Assembly: GCA_048213135.1 (NCBI GenBank)
Contig: PS015054.1
Coordinates: 487,727-527,247, forward strand
Direction: 5' to 3'
Origin: Reclinomonas americana ATCC 50394
Lineage: Eukaryota
Length of the DNA stretch: 39,521 bases
The notes beneath the pieces are model-generated. The model saw nothing but the letters and a program-made list of their open reading frames with translations, was not told the origin of the DNA and made no database searches. The translations under genes were made by a program, and so were the position numbers. Of the stretch, positions 1 to 13,402 are shown one piece after another (position 1 is the first letter of the stretch; every line of letters begins with the position of its first letter).

Positions 1-3000
1 TACCTTGGCCGACAGGCCCCTCATGAACTCGCTGAGGTACTTGTTCAGCTGGGGCGCGGTGGGGAGTGAGCGACAAAGAAGAAGCTTTGAGAGGCAAAAC
101 AAGGCGGTGAAAACCAAATCACCTTGGTCGGATTCAACATCGGGAAGAGTTGCTCCGTCCTGTCACAACACACACAAAAATCAGCACACACACACTCGCT
201 TCGAGACCAAGTGGGGATTTGATGCAAACGCAACGGTCCGACACCCTCTGTCAGCTTCACCAGGTTGTCGTAGACTTGCGGATCCACCTGCACCTCGTTC
301 TCGTACTTGATCGAGTCCTTGCCGAGGAACGAGAAGAACACTTTCCGATCATCGCGCAGATCCACGTGCTCGATGCGAAGCGAGCAGCAGCCGACAGTGT
401 CGGCCTCCTCCTCCGTGTCCTTTTCGCCACCCACACGCTGTGCGGCAACGACACACAAGTGAGCAAGGAGGCTAACAAGGGAAAAAAACTTCCTTGCTCC
501 CTACACACGCACCAGTGCCAAGGTGTCGATAAAGTACAACGCCGTAGCCCTCTGCATGGTGAACGGATCGTCCGATCGGAGATCCTTGCGGTTCTTCTTG
601 CGGATGCGGTCGATGATGAGCGAGAGGCGGCGGGCCTTGTCGAACTTCTCCATGTCGGCCCACAACTTGAACGAGCTCTGCGCCGACAGGAAGACGTACT
701 TGGTGCCGTTGAAGAGCGGATCGCGCCAGGTGGCTGTCCAGGTGACGGCCTTGTTGTGCACAATGCCGCCCCACTTGTGACCGGCTGGCGGCTCCGGAAT
801 CTTGGCCTTCTTGCCAATGTTGATGGTGATGTCTTCGGGGAACACGCGACGCTTGAAGCAGCCCTTCTTGGGGTGCTCGCCACGGCCACGGAAGAGGCCC
901 GGCGGCTCGATGCGGTAGTTGCCGTTCTTCTCCTTGCGGCCGTCCACGTACACCCACTTGTACTTTTCCTCGGCGGCCTCCTTGGCCGCCTTCAGCGCCT
1001 TCTTCTCCTCCTTGGACATGCTGTCGCGCTTCTCTTTTTCTCGCACGTGCCAGTTCCAGATCGGGTCAAAGTTGACCCAGTCGAGCCGCTTGATCGTCTT
1101 GCCCTCCTCCGTCTTCTTGAGCAGCGGCTTCCAGTCGTTCCAAAAGTTCTCGCGGAACTTGGCGTCGTTGTAGTGCGGCAGCAGTCGGAGCACCGCAAAG
1201 TACGTGCCCCACTCCTCCTGCTCGGGCGACAGGTGCACGTCAACCTGCTCGCTCGGCTTCTTCGGATCGCCGTACTTGAGCGGAATACCGTGTGGCTGGT
1301 ACTCTGGCGGGAACAGCACGCCATTGTGTTCGAGCGTCTCCCACTTCTGACCGGCCTTCTTCGGCTTCTTCTCCCAGTACTTCTCCGTGATCACCGGCGT
1401 CACGCCCTCCTCCTTCTTCGCCGCCGCGCCCTTCTTCTTGCCGGTGCCGCCTTCGTCGTCACCGTCGTCGTCATTCCTCTTGGCGCCCCTCTTGCCACTC
1501 TTTTTGCCATTCGCCGCCGCTGCGCCAGTGGCGTCGGTGGCGGCCGTCGGCGACCCACTCTTCCTCGGCATGATCGGCTGATCTTCGTCATCCTCTGACG
1601 AAGACGAAGCCTTCGACCTGCCATTGGCCTTGCCCTTCTTGCCGGCGGGCGCCGCGCGCTTGCCGACCTTGCCGGCCTTGCGCGAAATCGGCTCATCCTC
1701 CGAATCATTGTTGTTGTCGTCGTCGTCGTCGTCATCGCTGCTCTCCGCCTTCACGCCCCTCTTGCCCCTCTTTGCCTTCTTCTTCTCCTGCTTCAGCTGG
1801 CTCAGCGGCACATCCGAATCCGACTCCGCCTCCTCCTCGTAGTCCTCATCGTCCGCCGAATCCGACGACTCCACCATACGCGCCGGCTTCTTCACCACCG
1901 GCTTCGTCTTCTTCTTCGCGATCGGCTCATCGTCGGAGTCGTCCTCGTCGCTCGACTCCATCACCGCCTGCTTCTCGCGCTTCACCTGCGCCACCGTCTT
2001 CTTCCCCGCCGCCGGCTTCGGCTTCGGCTTCGGCGCAATCGGCGCATCATCGCTGTCCTCATCATCGTCGACCTTCATCTTCTTGACAGCAGCAGCAGGT
2101 GGCTTCTTCATCAGCGCCGCCAGAGGCACGTCATCGTCACTGTCTGACGATGACGACGACGACGACGAGGCATCATCGTCGACCACTGCGCGCACCGCTG
2201 ACACTGGCGACTTGACTCCATTAGGCGTGGACGGCTTGGCGCGCTTCATCAGCGGCGCATCCTCATCACTGCTGCTGTTGTTACGCTCCTGCGCGCCACA
2301 CACGTTGTGTAAGCACTGCACGCTCAACTGGTCAAGAGACAACTCACGCGCACACANNNNNNNNNNNNNNNNNNNNNNNNNNNNNNNNNNNNNNNNNNNN
2401 NNNNNNNNNNNNNNNNNNNNNNNNNNNNNNNNNNNNNNNNNNNNNNNNNNNNNNNNNNNNNNNNNNNNNNNNNNNNNNNNNNNNNNNNNNNNNNNNNNNN
2501 NNNNNNNNNNNNNNNNNNNNNNNNNNNNNNNNNNNNNNNNNNNNNNNNNNNNNNNNNNNNNNNNNNNNNNNNNNNNNNNNNNNNNNNNNNNNNNNNNNNN
2601 NNNNNNNNNNNNNNNNNNNNNNNNNNNNNNNNNNNNNNNNNNNNNNNNNNNNNNNNNNNNNNNNNNNNNNNNNNNNNNNNNNNNNNNNNNNNNNNNNNNN
2701 NNNNNNNNNNNNNNNNNNNNNNNNNNNNNNNNNNNNNNNNNNNNNNNNNNNNNNNNNNNNNNNNNNNNNNNNNNNNNNNNNNNNNNNNNNNNNNNNNNNN
2801 NNNNNNNNNNNNNNNNNNNNNNNNNNNNNNNNNNNNNNNNNNNNNNNNNNNNNNNNNNNNNNNNNNNNNNNNNNNNNNNNNNNNNNNNNNNNNNNNNNNN
2901 NNNNNNNNNNNNNNNNNNNNNNNNNNNNNNNNNNNNNNNNNNNNNNNNNNNNNNNNNNNNNNNNNNNNNNNNNNNNNNNNNNNNNNNNNNNNNNNNNNNN

Positions 3001-3439
3001 NNNNNNNNNNNNNNNNNNNNNNNNNNNNNNNNNNNNNNNNNNNNNNNNNNNNNNNNNNNNNNNNNNNNNGAGGAAAAATCTGGAAATGTCGCACACACTC
3101 TTCCTGTCTTACACGCACAGCGGCGTGCTTCTCCTCTCTGTCTATGTGGGTGTACGTGTGGGTCACACACTTGCACATCGTGCATGTGAGTGGGCATTTG
3201 TGAGCGTGAGTCTGGACTCGTGTTTATCCGCAATACAACACACACTCTTCTCTCTCTCACACACACACACTTCTGCTCACTCACCGCGTACACTTTCTCA
3301 CACACAGAGACACACACAATACACTGACCCACAAAAGTGCAAAAATACTCACAAATCACGGCACATTCTCTTCCTCTCTTCCTCTCTCTCTTCCTTCCGC
3401 ACACACATGTGCTCACTTACCTCCAATCACCGCCGGCAT
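1..3439 (-). CDS. TOP1: DNA topoisomerase IB, spliced; continues off the left edge; first exon tentative
   Basis: Motifs [78 protein letters not shown] follow a long Lys/Asp/Ser-rich N-terminus. The main exon is about 513-2288, with GT-AG introns at 438-512, 160-234 and about 50-122. A putative first exon (MPAVIG, donor gtaagt at 3420) lies beyond the N gap and needs further exon(s) in the gap to stay in frame. Confidence 0.97.
2357..3069. other. Assembly gap (N run)
   Basis: Run of N inside the 5' part of TOP1. Confidence 1.
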
Positions 3440-3836
3440 CCTTGCGGCTTTGTATGTGTGTATGTGTGTGTTTGAGAGCGGGACAGTCGCCATGACGTCA
3501 CTCGTGACAAATACGCATCTGTCCCACTCCGACGGTTAAATTTCCGGTTGCGCTCACACTTGTCTCCCCATTCTTCTCTCTCTCCCACCCTCCCTCTCTC
3601 TCTCACACACACACACGCGATCATGAGAGTCGCCTCTCTCTATCTATCTCTCCCTTCCTTTCTTTTTTTCGTCGGCTGAGTTGACTGTGCAAGTTGCGGT
3701 TTTCGTTTATGCGTCGTTTTTCCTGGCCACCGAGTTTTTTGTAAGGCAGTGACGAGCACAGACAACCCGTATAAGGTCCGCGTGCACTCCTTATTGCCTC
3801 CGTCCCACATCATCGATCGCTCACTCCACTGCACAG

Positions 3837-6800
3837 ATGTCCTCGCGCCCGTCTCTGCGTCGTACCTTCTCCGACATGCAAGAGCTGGACGCGTTCACCG
3901 CCGACTTGTTCCAGCAGAGCAGCGTCGTTGCCGCACCAAGCAAGCAGCCGTCACTGATGATGATGAGCTCGCGATTCTCGCCGATTGGTGGCGGACGCTC
4001 GGCGCCTGGATCGCCGACGTCGAGCTTTATGCGTCACCCACAACAGCAGCAGCAGCAGCAGCAGCATCAGTGGTCGACATTGCTCGGCAGCAGTCGTCCG
4101 GGATCGGCGGCTTCGTCGCCCTGTATGCCGCACTTTGGATTGATTTCGCGCTCCTCCAGTCCGGTATTGAAGCACGACGAGGAGCACAGTGCGATGATGG
4201 ATCAGTTGCTGTTGCATCACCATCACCACCCGATGCTGCTGCAGCAGCAACCACAGCAGCAGCAGCAGCATCAGACGTTGTTGCCGCCACCTCCGGCGGC
4301 ACCACCGGCCAAGGCCGAGACGGCGGACAGCATGGTGTGCACGATCAGCGGGCCGTCGACCAGCGTGCACTCGCCGCATCACCACCAGCATCAGTATCAG
4401 CACTATCAGATGCCGCAGCAGCAGCAGCAGCAGTTCCAGCAGCCGCAGCGACCGTCGGCACCGCCGAGCCCGCAGCACATGCCGTTTATGATGCCGGCGA
4501 CGCCCGTGGCGCAGGTCACGACGACGATTATGAGTGGCCAGGCACCGTCGCGGCCAGTGGCCTCGCGTGCGCTGAGCAAGTCGCCGCCGACGCCGCTGCG
4601 TTTGCCCGGACGTGATGGCATGACTGCGCCGTCGTCGCAGTCGGCGTCAGCGGCCGTGTCGCCGGTGCCGTCGTCACCACCGGTGCCTTCCATGTCTTCG
4701 TCGACAGCGACGACGACGACCACCGTCGCCACTGCGCCGGCACCCACCATGTTGCCGCCGCCGTTCCAGCATGCGCACATGCAGGCCGAGTATGGTGCCG
4801 AGCAGCAGCAACCCTACGCGACCATGTACGGCTACCCGGCGTACTTTTCACAAATGATGCCGCCGCCACCGCCGCCACCACCGTTCATGCCGAGCTCGCA
4901 AGCGGTGTGTAATGCAGTGCCCACTGCGCTTTTTAAATCCTGTGTGCTTGACTACTCACTTTTTCCCTTGCGTCTCTACAGAACTCACCGCCGCCGCCAC
5001 CGCCGCCGCCGCCGCCAATGACCATNNNNNNNNNNNNNNNNNNNNNNNNNNNNNNNNNNNNNNNNNNNNNNNNNNNNNNNNNNNNNNNNNNNNNNNNNNN
5101 NNNNNNNNNNNNNNNNNNNNNNNNNNNNNNNNNNNNNNNNNNNNNNNNNNNNNNNNNNNNNNNNNNNNNNNNNNNNNNNNNNNNNNNNNNNNNNNNNNNN
5201 NNNNNNNNNNNNNNNNNNNNNNNNNNNNNNNNNNNNNNNNNNNNNNNNNNNNNNNNNNNNNNNNNNNNNNNNNNNNNNNNNNNNNNNNNNNNNNNNNNNN
5301 NNNNNNNNNNNNNNNNNNNNNNNNNNNNNNNNNNNNNNNNNNNNNNNNNNNNNNNNNNNNNNNNNNNNNNNNNNNNNNNNNNNNNNNNNNNNNNNNNNNN
5401 NNNNNNNNNNNNNNNNNNNNNNNNNNNNNNNNNNNNNNNNNNNNNNNNNNNNNNNNNNNNNNNNNNNNNNNNNNNNNNNNNNNNNNNNNNNNNNNNNNNN
5501 NNNNNNNNNNNNNNNNNNNNNNNNNNNNNNNNNNNNNNNNNNNNNNNNNNNNNNNNNNNNNNNNNNNNNNNNNNNNNNNNNNNNNNNNNNNNNNNNNNNN
5601 NNNNNNNNNNNNNNNNNNNNNNNNNNNNNNNNNNNNNNNNNNNNNNNNNNNNNNNNNNNNNNNNNNNNNNNNNNNNNNNNNNNNNNNNNNNNNNNNNNNN
5701 NNNNNNNNNNNNNNNNNNNNNNNNNNNNNNNNNNNNNNNNNNNNNNNNNNNNNNNNNNNNNNNNNNNNNNNNNNNNNNNNNNNNNNNNNNNNNNNNNNNN
5801 NNNNNNNNNNNNNNNNNNNNNNNNNNNNNNNGTCGGGCATGCCAACGGCCGCGTACTATGGCATTCCGCCGCCACCGCAGTTCCACTATGCGCCGCTGTC
5901 GGGCGACAACGGCATGCCTGTCGCGACGCAGCAGCAGCAGCAGCAGCCGACCAAGGGCAAGCGTCGCCCGCCACCGTCGCACAGTGGTGCACAGGTGCCC
6001 TTGGCCACTGTGCCGCAGGTCGCCGACAGCCTGCCGCCGGTTGCGCCCTCTGGCGGTGCTCCGTGCCACGTGTCGTACAAGACGAAGCGCATGGGCGGCT
6101 GGGCGGCCATGCCGCGCGAGCTGTCCGCCGCTCACACCCACTGCATCAAGCTGACGTGTGCGCTGTCGGAGGCGGGCACACCGGTGCCGAGCCAGATCAA
6201 GTTCCGCATGCACATTCTCAACTGCGTCGAGGAGGTGGACGAGGTCGTCAACGTGCTCGACTCCACCAACCCCCTCCGCGGCTACACCGAGTCGCTGGTG
6301 GTGACGGCCGACGATTCGGAGATTATGGATGTGGAGCTCAACGACGACGTGGTGTCGGTCATCACCAAGTTCAAGCTGAAGAAGGTGCCGCGCAGCCGGT
6401 GCCCGCAGCTCCGCTTTGCCTTCATCTTGACGGACCAGAGCACCAACTTCTTTGTGTGCATGCTGACGGCGTCGTTCAAGTTCTTCCAACGCACCACTGG
6501 CGGCACCGNNNNNNNNNNNNNNNNNNNNNNNNNNNNNNNNNNNNNNNNNNNNNNNNNNNNNNNNNNNNNNNNNNNNNNNNNNNNNNNNNNNNNNNNNNNN
6601 NNNNNNNNNNNNNNNNNNNNNNNNNNNNNNNNNNNNNNNNNNNNNNNNNNNNNNNNNNNNNNNNNNNNNNNNNNNNNNNNNNNNNNNNNNNNNNNNNNNN
6701 NNNNNNNNNNNNNNNNNNNNNNNNNNNNNNNNNNNNNNNNNNNNNNNNNNNNNNNNNNNNNNNNNNNNNNNNNNNNNNNNNNNNNNNNNNNNNNNNNNNN

Positions 6801-7030
6801 NNNNNNNNNNNNNNNNNNNNNNNAAAAGGTGTACGAGCGCACTGGTGCGCATGCTCGTGGCGACAATGGCGAGCCGCCGCGGAAGCGCCAACGCTCCACG
6901 TCGCGCTCCAACTCGGCAGCCTCCTCCCCGACACAGGAGTACGAGGAGGCCTACGAGACGCAATCAGCAGCGCCGCCGCCACCACCACCGCCACCACCGC
7001 AGCAGCTGCAGCAGCAGCACCATCATCACA

Positions 7031-7065
<35 letters not shown>

Positions 7066-7179
7066 CAGCAAATGTTCCACCCGCATCACGGCTGGCAGCA
7101 ATACGAGCACATGGCACCGGCGTCGCTGCCGCCGCCACCACCACCGCCGCCGCTGGCGACGGATGCCTTCTTCTACTAA
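3837..7179 (+). CDS. Gln/Pro/His-rich protein with a central globular domain; putative transcription factor; interrupted by two N gaps
   Basis: ATG at 3837, intron about 4905-4981 (G|gtgtgt...ctacag), stop TAA at 7177-7179. PolyQ and polyP tracts flank a roughly 150-aa beta-rich segment (CHVSYKTK...ASFKFFQR) and an NLS-like PPRKRQR. Function is inferred from architecture only. Confidence 0.75.
5026..5831. other. Assembly gap (N run)
   Basis: Run of N within the Q/P-rich gene. Confidence 1.
6509..6823. other. Assembly gap (N run)
   Basis: Run of N within the Q/P-rich gene. Confidence 1.
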
Positions 7180-7419
7180 ATAATAGATAGTTCAGGTGGT
7201 GACAGAGCAATCAATCTGTCACCTCTTTTTTTTTTCCTCTCCCTCCATAGTTGTACCAGTAGCTGTTTGCGTGTAATGCCTCCCCCCACTTTTCTCCTTC
7301 TACAAAGAAGGATAGACAATATAGTGAATCCAACCTAGAATCAATGATAATCAACGAGTGCATTTGTGGAAGCTTCGTTTCTTGTGTATTTCATGGCCAT
7401 GGATTCCTTCCCATCCGCC

Positions 7420-10400
7420 TCATCTCTTCGAGCGCTTCCGCGGTGGTGCATCCTCGTCTTCCTCTTCCACGCGACTGCCGCTATCGTCATCGTCGAGGAG
7501 GCTCTCGTCGTCGTCGTCGGCTGCATCCTCCTCGTCTTCTTCTTCTTCGAAGCGGCGCCGCTTGTTGCCGGCGAGACGCGGTGCAGTTGCTCTTTCCGCT
7601 TCCTCTTCTGCATCGTGCAGGAAGTCGTCATCGTCGTCGTCGTCGTCGTCCTCGTCGGCACTCGGCTGCGGCTGAGACGACGGAGCTGGCTTGCGCGGTC
7701 GCGGCGCGGCACGGGGAGCGGGTCGCTTCTTGATCTTCTTGCGCTTCGTGCGCTCTTCCTGGCTCCATGCGTCGTCACTGCTCTCGTCCTCCTCCTCCTC
7801 CTTGCCACCGACCTCCTCCTCGTCGTCGGTCTTGACCAGGTCCGACAGATCGCTGTCGTCGTCGTCGTCGTCATCGTCGTCGTCGTCCTCATCATTGTCA
7901 CTTCCACCATCGCCGTCCTCCATGGCAGCGGCCGACTGCGGCACCTTGCGAAGCACGAGTTTGTTGCCGCCACCGGCCACCGGATTCTTGCGTGGTCGCC
8001 CTCGTTTGCGCTTCTCGGTCGACTCGACGGCTTCGGCCTTGGCCTGCCGTTTCGCTTGCGTCATGGCTCGCCGCTGTCGTCGTGAGCCGGGAGCAGCCGG
8101 TGCCAGTGCCTCGTCCTCCGCTTCTTCTCCTCTCTCCACCTCAGGCTCGGGAGCCACTGCCGACACTGTCTCCGCCGCCGCCATCGCCGCCGACTCGGCA
8201 CCAGCGTCCGCAGTCGACGCCCCCTCGCTTTCGCCAGCTTTGACGGTGGGGGTGCCGCGCGGGCGACCACGAGTGCGCCGCGGTTCGTCAGCAAGTGCAC
8301 TGGGCTGTGCGTGTGTGTGCGTATGTGAGTGGCAGCATGAGCGGCGCGACTGTCAACAAAATAGGACATGGAAGTGACGAACCGGCAACGGCAGGGGCTC
8401 GAGACCGTGCTTGGCACGAATCTTGTTGATGAGCTTGGCCTTGGTGCGCTCGGGATCGGCCGAATTGTAGATCTGCAAGTGGCGTGCTTCAGCGTGTGTA
8501 TCACTCACCCGCGGGACACCGACGAAAAAACAAAACGCACCCGATCCCACTGCGCATCGGTCAACTGGTCCGAGTACATCACCGTGTCGCGGACGCGTTT
8601 GCCACGACCCAAATCCTGCAGCTTCGGCTTCAGCTCCTCCGCAATGGTGGTCTCGGCATGGCGAATCCAGTCTGGCAACTCCCAGTCTTGCATCAGCCTG
8701 TCCACGAAACAAATGAGGACACCGAAAAAACATGCATGCATTGAGGGCGTGCCATCTTGCCGTACCTCGGAGCGCCACCTTCGGGGACACCACGACCCAT
8801 GTCCACCCACGTGCGCAACCGCAGCTCGTCGAGTTCCTTGTCAAGCTGTGCGGCATTCACAGAAGGTGAGAAGCCACAATCGAAAGGACACACAGACATG
8901 CAGCAGATTGACCTTGGCAAACAGGATTTCCTCGTCGTCGTTGCGAGCCAACATCTCGTTCAGCTCGTCGTCGTCCAGCAACCGCTGGTCGTTCTCTGTC
9001 GTGTTCTCGTTGGAAAAGATGGCACGCTGCACGGGAGGAAATGAGTATATTTGTGAGGAACGGAGGTGCGTAGTTATTGGTACGCACCAGCAGGTCCTTG
9101 CGCTCCGAGTCGGCCGACTGTTGATTGAACTTGCCGGCCTTGATGACCTTGGCCTCGGCTTGCCGCTTCGTCGTGGCCTGCTGGAGCACGCGTTCCTCAA
9201 ACACCGTGTTGGTGATGAACGTAAAGACGCGCACTTCGCGAGTCTGGCCGATGCGATGAGCTCGCGCCTACACGCCACGTGGTGAGAGCACAATCCACAT
9301 TTGCAAACGAACAGAAGACGCTCACCTGCGCCTGCAGATCCTGCTGCGGATTCCAGTCCGAGTCGAACAGAATGACCGTGTCGGCAGTCTGCAGATTGAG
9401 GCCGAGGCCACCGGCGCGGGTGGAGAGGAGGAAGATGAAAATGTCCGAGTCCGGTGCATTAAAGGCCGCCATGATCGACGGCCGGTCTTCGCTCTTGGTG
9501 GTGCCGTCGAGGCGGCAGAACGTGTAGCCGCGGTACTCGCAAAACTCCTCCAGCAAATCGAGCACTTGCGTCATTTGGCTAAAGAGCAGAATCTACACAC
9601 AGCACCAAGTGTGAGTACGCGACTGGCAGGTGAAGAGTGGACAACACCCTCCCACGAAACTCGATGTTTGGTGCGCGCATACTTGTAGCAGATGCGGTCC
9701 AACAACTCAAACTTGCCCGAGGAACGAATGAGGTCCTCCACGCACAGGTCGAGATCCTCCTCCACGTGCAACAGAGGGTGGTTGCAGACCTGCGGAAATT
9801 GATGAGCAAGGCACCGCACGGGAGATGGGGAGAATGAACACAGGCAAGGAAAGAAGACCTTGCGCAGTTGCATCATGCGATTGTTGAGTGCCTTGCTCTT
9901 CTTGCCTGTGTTCTCCGAGTTGGTGATGACGCGGCCGGCCTCGGTGATCTGCTTGTACAGAATCTGCTGGAGTGCCGACATGTCGCAACGCAAAATGATC
10001 TCCACTTTTTCGGGCAGCTGGCCGAGCACCTGTGGAAGGGGAGTGAGGAAAGTGAGACGACGCGGAAAGAGGCCAACTTTATGCACGCCGGGAGCGTACC
10101 TCATGCTTTTCACGTCGCAGGATAAAGGGACGCAGCACCGAATGCAGTTGCCACACCAGAGCCTCTTCGACTTCTGGATCTGTCTCCACCTGCGCGAAAC
10201 ACCTTAGACCGGATCGACAACTTGCGCCCCCCATTCTTGCCAAGCTCAAACCTTCTCGCCAAACAACGGCGACTGGAACCACTCCTCAAACTCGGTGGCA
10301 TTCTCGAAAATGTCGGGCAGGCAGAAATGCAACAGTGCCCACAGCTCGTTGAGGTTGTTTTGTAGCGGGGTGCCGGTGAGCAGAATGCGGTGCGAGGCAC

Positions 10401-12871
10401 GCAGTTGATTGAGGTTCTTGACGAGCTTGCATCCGGCGTTCTTGATGCGATGGCCCTCGTCGATGATAATGTGGCGCCACATTACTTTGCGGAACGCCGG
10501 CAAATCCGTGTCACGCAACAGGAATTCGTACTGCAATGGTGGTGGTGGTGGTGGTGGTGGTGGTGGTGGTGGTGGTGGTGGTGATGGTAAGGAAGAGTGG
10601 AAGCAATGCAGGGAGCTTATCTTGTACAAACATGCGCACCTGCGTGATCATAATGTTGAACTTGCACTCGGACATTTCCACGGCCGCGATGCGTCGGCGT
10701 TCGTCCTTGTTGCCCTTGTACATGACAAAGGTGAGCTCGGGCGCCCACAGACTCAACTCCGACCGCCACGTGTCGAGCATACTGCGTGAGAAGTGAGAAA
10801 AGAGCAGAGCAGAGCAGAGAGAGAGAGAGAGAGAGTGGTGGCCTCGAGACGCAACGCGCACGGCACGACAATCAAGTGCGGGCCCTTGATGCCCTTCATC
10901 TCGTTCAGGTACGCCAACAGCGCAATGGTCTGGATGGTCTTGCCGAGACCCATTTCGTCGGCCAAGATGCCATTGAGATTGTTGTTGTACAGCGACACCA
11001 TCCATTGCAGACCGCGGAGCTGAAGGCCGACAGATATTAGACAAGAATGGAAAGGGCGAGGAAATAGAAAGACAGCGAGATATGAAGAACGAACGAACGC
11101 ACCTGGTACTCCTTGAGCTGTCCGCCCACCAGCATCTTCGGCTGCACGGCAATCTCCTCGGCCTCCTGATGCGTCTTCATGTAGAACTCCTTGGTACCTA
11201 CAAGCGCCTTTGTCAATACGACGCACATCAACAAACAAAAAACGATGAGAACGGAGACGCACCGACACCCTCTGGCGGCACATGCTCCTCCTCTCCGTGC
11301 TCTCCACCCTCGCCACCGTCGCCAGCCATGCGGGCATCGTCACTGGCACCAGCAGCGGCTCGTGCCGCGTCACGCTTCTTCACAATCATGGCGGAGATAC
11401 GAGCCATACAAGTCTCGGTCTTCTCAATGAGTTGCACCAGGCGCGTCTTTTGGGCGTTCTTCATCAGTGCCTTGTATTGCTCCATGTCGGTTTCCTGAAG
11501 GAGAGGTCACGCGGGTCAGATGGGTGGGAGAGACGAGGGGAGATAATGCATTTGCACTCAACTCGCAACAAGCGGAGACGCTCGCGTTCCTGTCGCTGCT
11601 GCTCCTCCAGGCGTCGACGCTGCAGCTCCACCATCAGATTCTGCATGGCGCCGGCCAGACGACGGGCACTGCTCGTGCGGTCCGTCCATCTGCGTGCACC
11701 AGTCGTTAAAAGTGAGAAACCATACACCGATTCAAAAATGCCCACGCCTCGCCGATCACGTACTTGCGCATGAGATTCTCACGATGGCGTGCCACCGAAT
11801 CGAGAAACACGTGCCGCTTGCTCTGCACGGCTCGCATCTGCTGCTCGCGAACACGCTGTGACGGGCGACAGAAGTGAGTCCACACAAACACACACACACG
11901 AGCAGACGCCTTTCACGGTCCACACCAGTTCACGCTCGTGCTTCTGCTTGACCAACTGCACCGCCTTGTCCTTCTCGTCCAACATGTGCTGCAAAAGGAG
12001 AGAAAATGCGCGCTCAGACACCCTTCTTCACACATGCAACATGGTGGTGATTATTCGCACCTGCAGATGCAAGCGATGGCTCAAGCACGTCGGATCGAGC
12101 TTGGCGGCGTGAGCCGCCAGCAACTCGCAGCGCGTGAGGTACTGCACGAGTCGCATCTCCACCGTGCGCTTCTCGGACAGAAGCGTCTCGCGCAGCGACG
12201 GGCACTCGATAGTGGGGATCATGGCTGTGAAGCAGGTGAGGCGGGGTACAAAAACGAAGCACGTGAAATGAAACACAAGCGTGTCGACCTGACAGTTCTG
12301 CAACTCGTCGCTGGTGCGAGTGAACAATTTGCTGATGTCGCTCCTCGGTCAGGTTGTGTGCGGCACGCAGCGATACATACGAGGTAGCCATGTTTTCCGT
12401 GTCGCGGAAGGCCGTGGCTTCCAAGCCAGACGGGTCGTTCTGGGTGGAGCGCAAGGGACAGATGAGGTCGGAAAACCGCAAGTGATGCACCCCGCCACAC
12501 GCACCGCACGGATGCCCTGCAACATGCCCGTCTGCGCCAGCTTCCACTCACGAATCTGGTCAGCCACCGCCGCACGCTGCGTGTCGGTGAGCGGATGGCG
12601 GTTCGCTGGACCCCAGACGGTGAGAAGATGCACCAAGCAACGAAGAGGGGGGCGGGAGACGTACCACTGCTCTGCAACGCCTGCGCGTGCAGCTCAGCCT
12701 CACGTCGCTCGAGCAAGTCCAGCAACGCGCACAGCGTCTTGCACTGGCGCATGGCGGTGTGCACGCCGGCTTGAGCGAGCGCCGCCACCATCTGCGAAGG
12801 GAACGGGAAAGCGATCAGGAGAACGAGGGAAGGACTTGTCGTTTCTTCCAGGGACGCTCTCTCTCTCTCTC

Positions 12872-12923
<52 letters not shown>

Positions 12924-13095
12924 ACGCACACAGTGAATGCACTTTGATCACACACACACACTCCCTCTCCTCTCTTCCTCTCTCTCTCTCTCACACACAC
13001 ACCTTTTGCGTTTTGACTCGCACTGCACTGAGCTGCGAGAGGCTCAGCTCCGCAAACTCAGGTGGCAACTCAGCAACCACCCCAATTGAAGTCAT
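7420..13095 (-). CDS. SNF2: SWI/SNF chromatin-remodelling ATPase (Snf2/BRG1 subfamily), about 18 short introns
   Basis: Motifs [120 protein letters not shown]. Also an HSA-like helix, a SnAC-like region ([18 protein letters not shown]) and two RGRPR AT-hooks. Start MTSIG at 13095 is inferred by splicing to the 12791 exon. Confidence 0.95.
10537..10588. repeat. (TGG)n microsatellite in an SNF2 intron
   Basis: Direct trinucleotide run. Confidence 0.95.
12858..13002. repeat. Compound (CT)n/(CA)n microsatellite in SNF2 intron 1
   Basis: Direct dinucleotide runs. Confidence 0.9.
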
Positions 13096-13402
13096 TTTTT
13101 CTCTGCACAATAAAACACACACACACACAGAGAAGAACACTCACAGTGAGCAAAATGCTACACACAAGCACATGCGCATGCCCATCACACCCACCACACA
13201 CACAGAGACGGTGGTGAGAGAGACAACTTGCGTTGGCGCGCAATTCGTGACCAAAGTGTGAATCCACGGTCCAGTCAGTCCGTCGCGTCGGTCTCCATGT
13301 TTACAAAAGCAACTGAGGAGGTCGCTGGTACAACTCGGCACGATACTCATCTTCTCAAGTGCAGCACAAAGAATCAGAGAACATGAGAATTCCTTTGCCA
13401 TT

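Noticed and set aside
198-207. Possible 10-nt TOP1 microexon with non-canonical TG acceptor and GA donor (would encode LEA)
   Set aside because: A single GT-AG intron at 160-234 gives the same spacing (VGP) with a better match to the conserved Pro.
150-1598. Long + strand ORF (482 aa) and similar antisense ORFs across the window
   Set aside because: These are shadows of GC3-rich coding sequence on the opposite strand, with no recognisable motifs.
3493-3500. TGACGTCA (CRE-like palindrome) between TOP1 and the divergent gene
   Set aside because: A single 8-mer is not enough to call a regulatory site.
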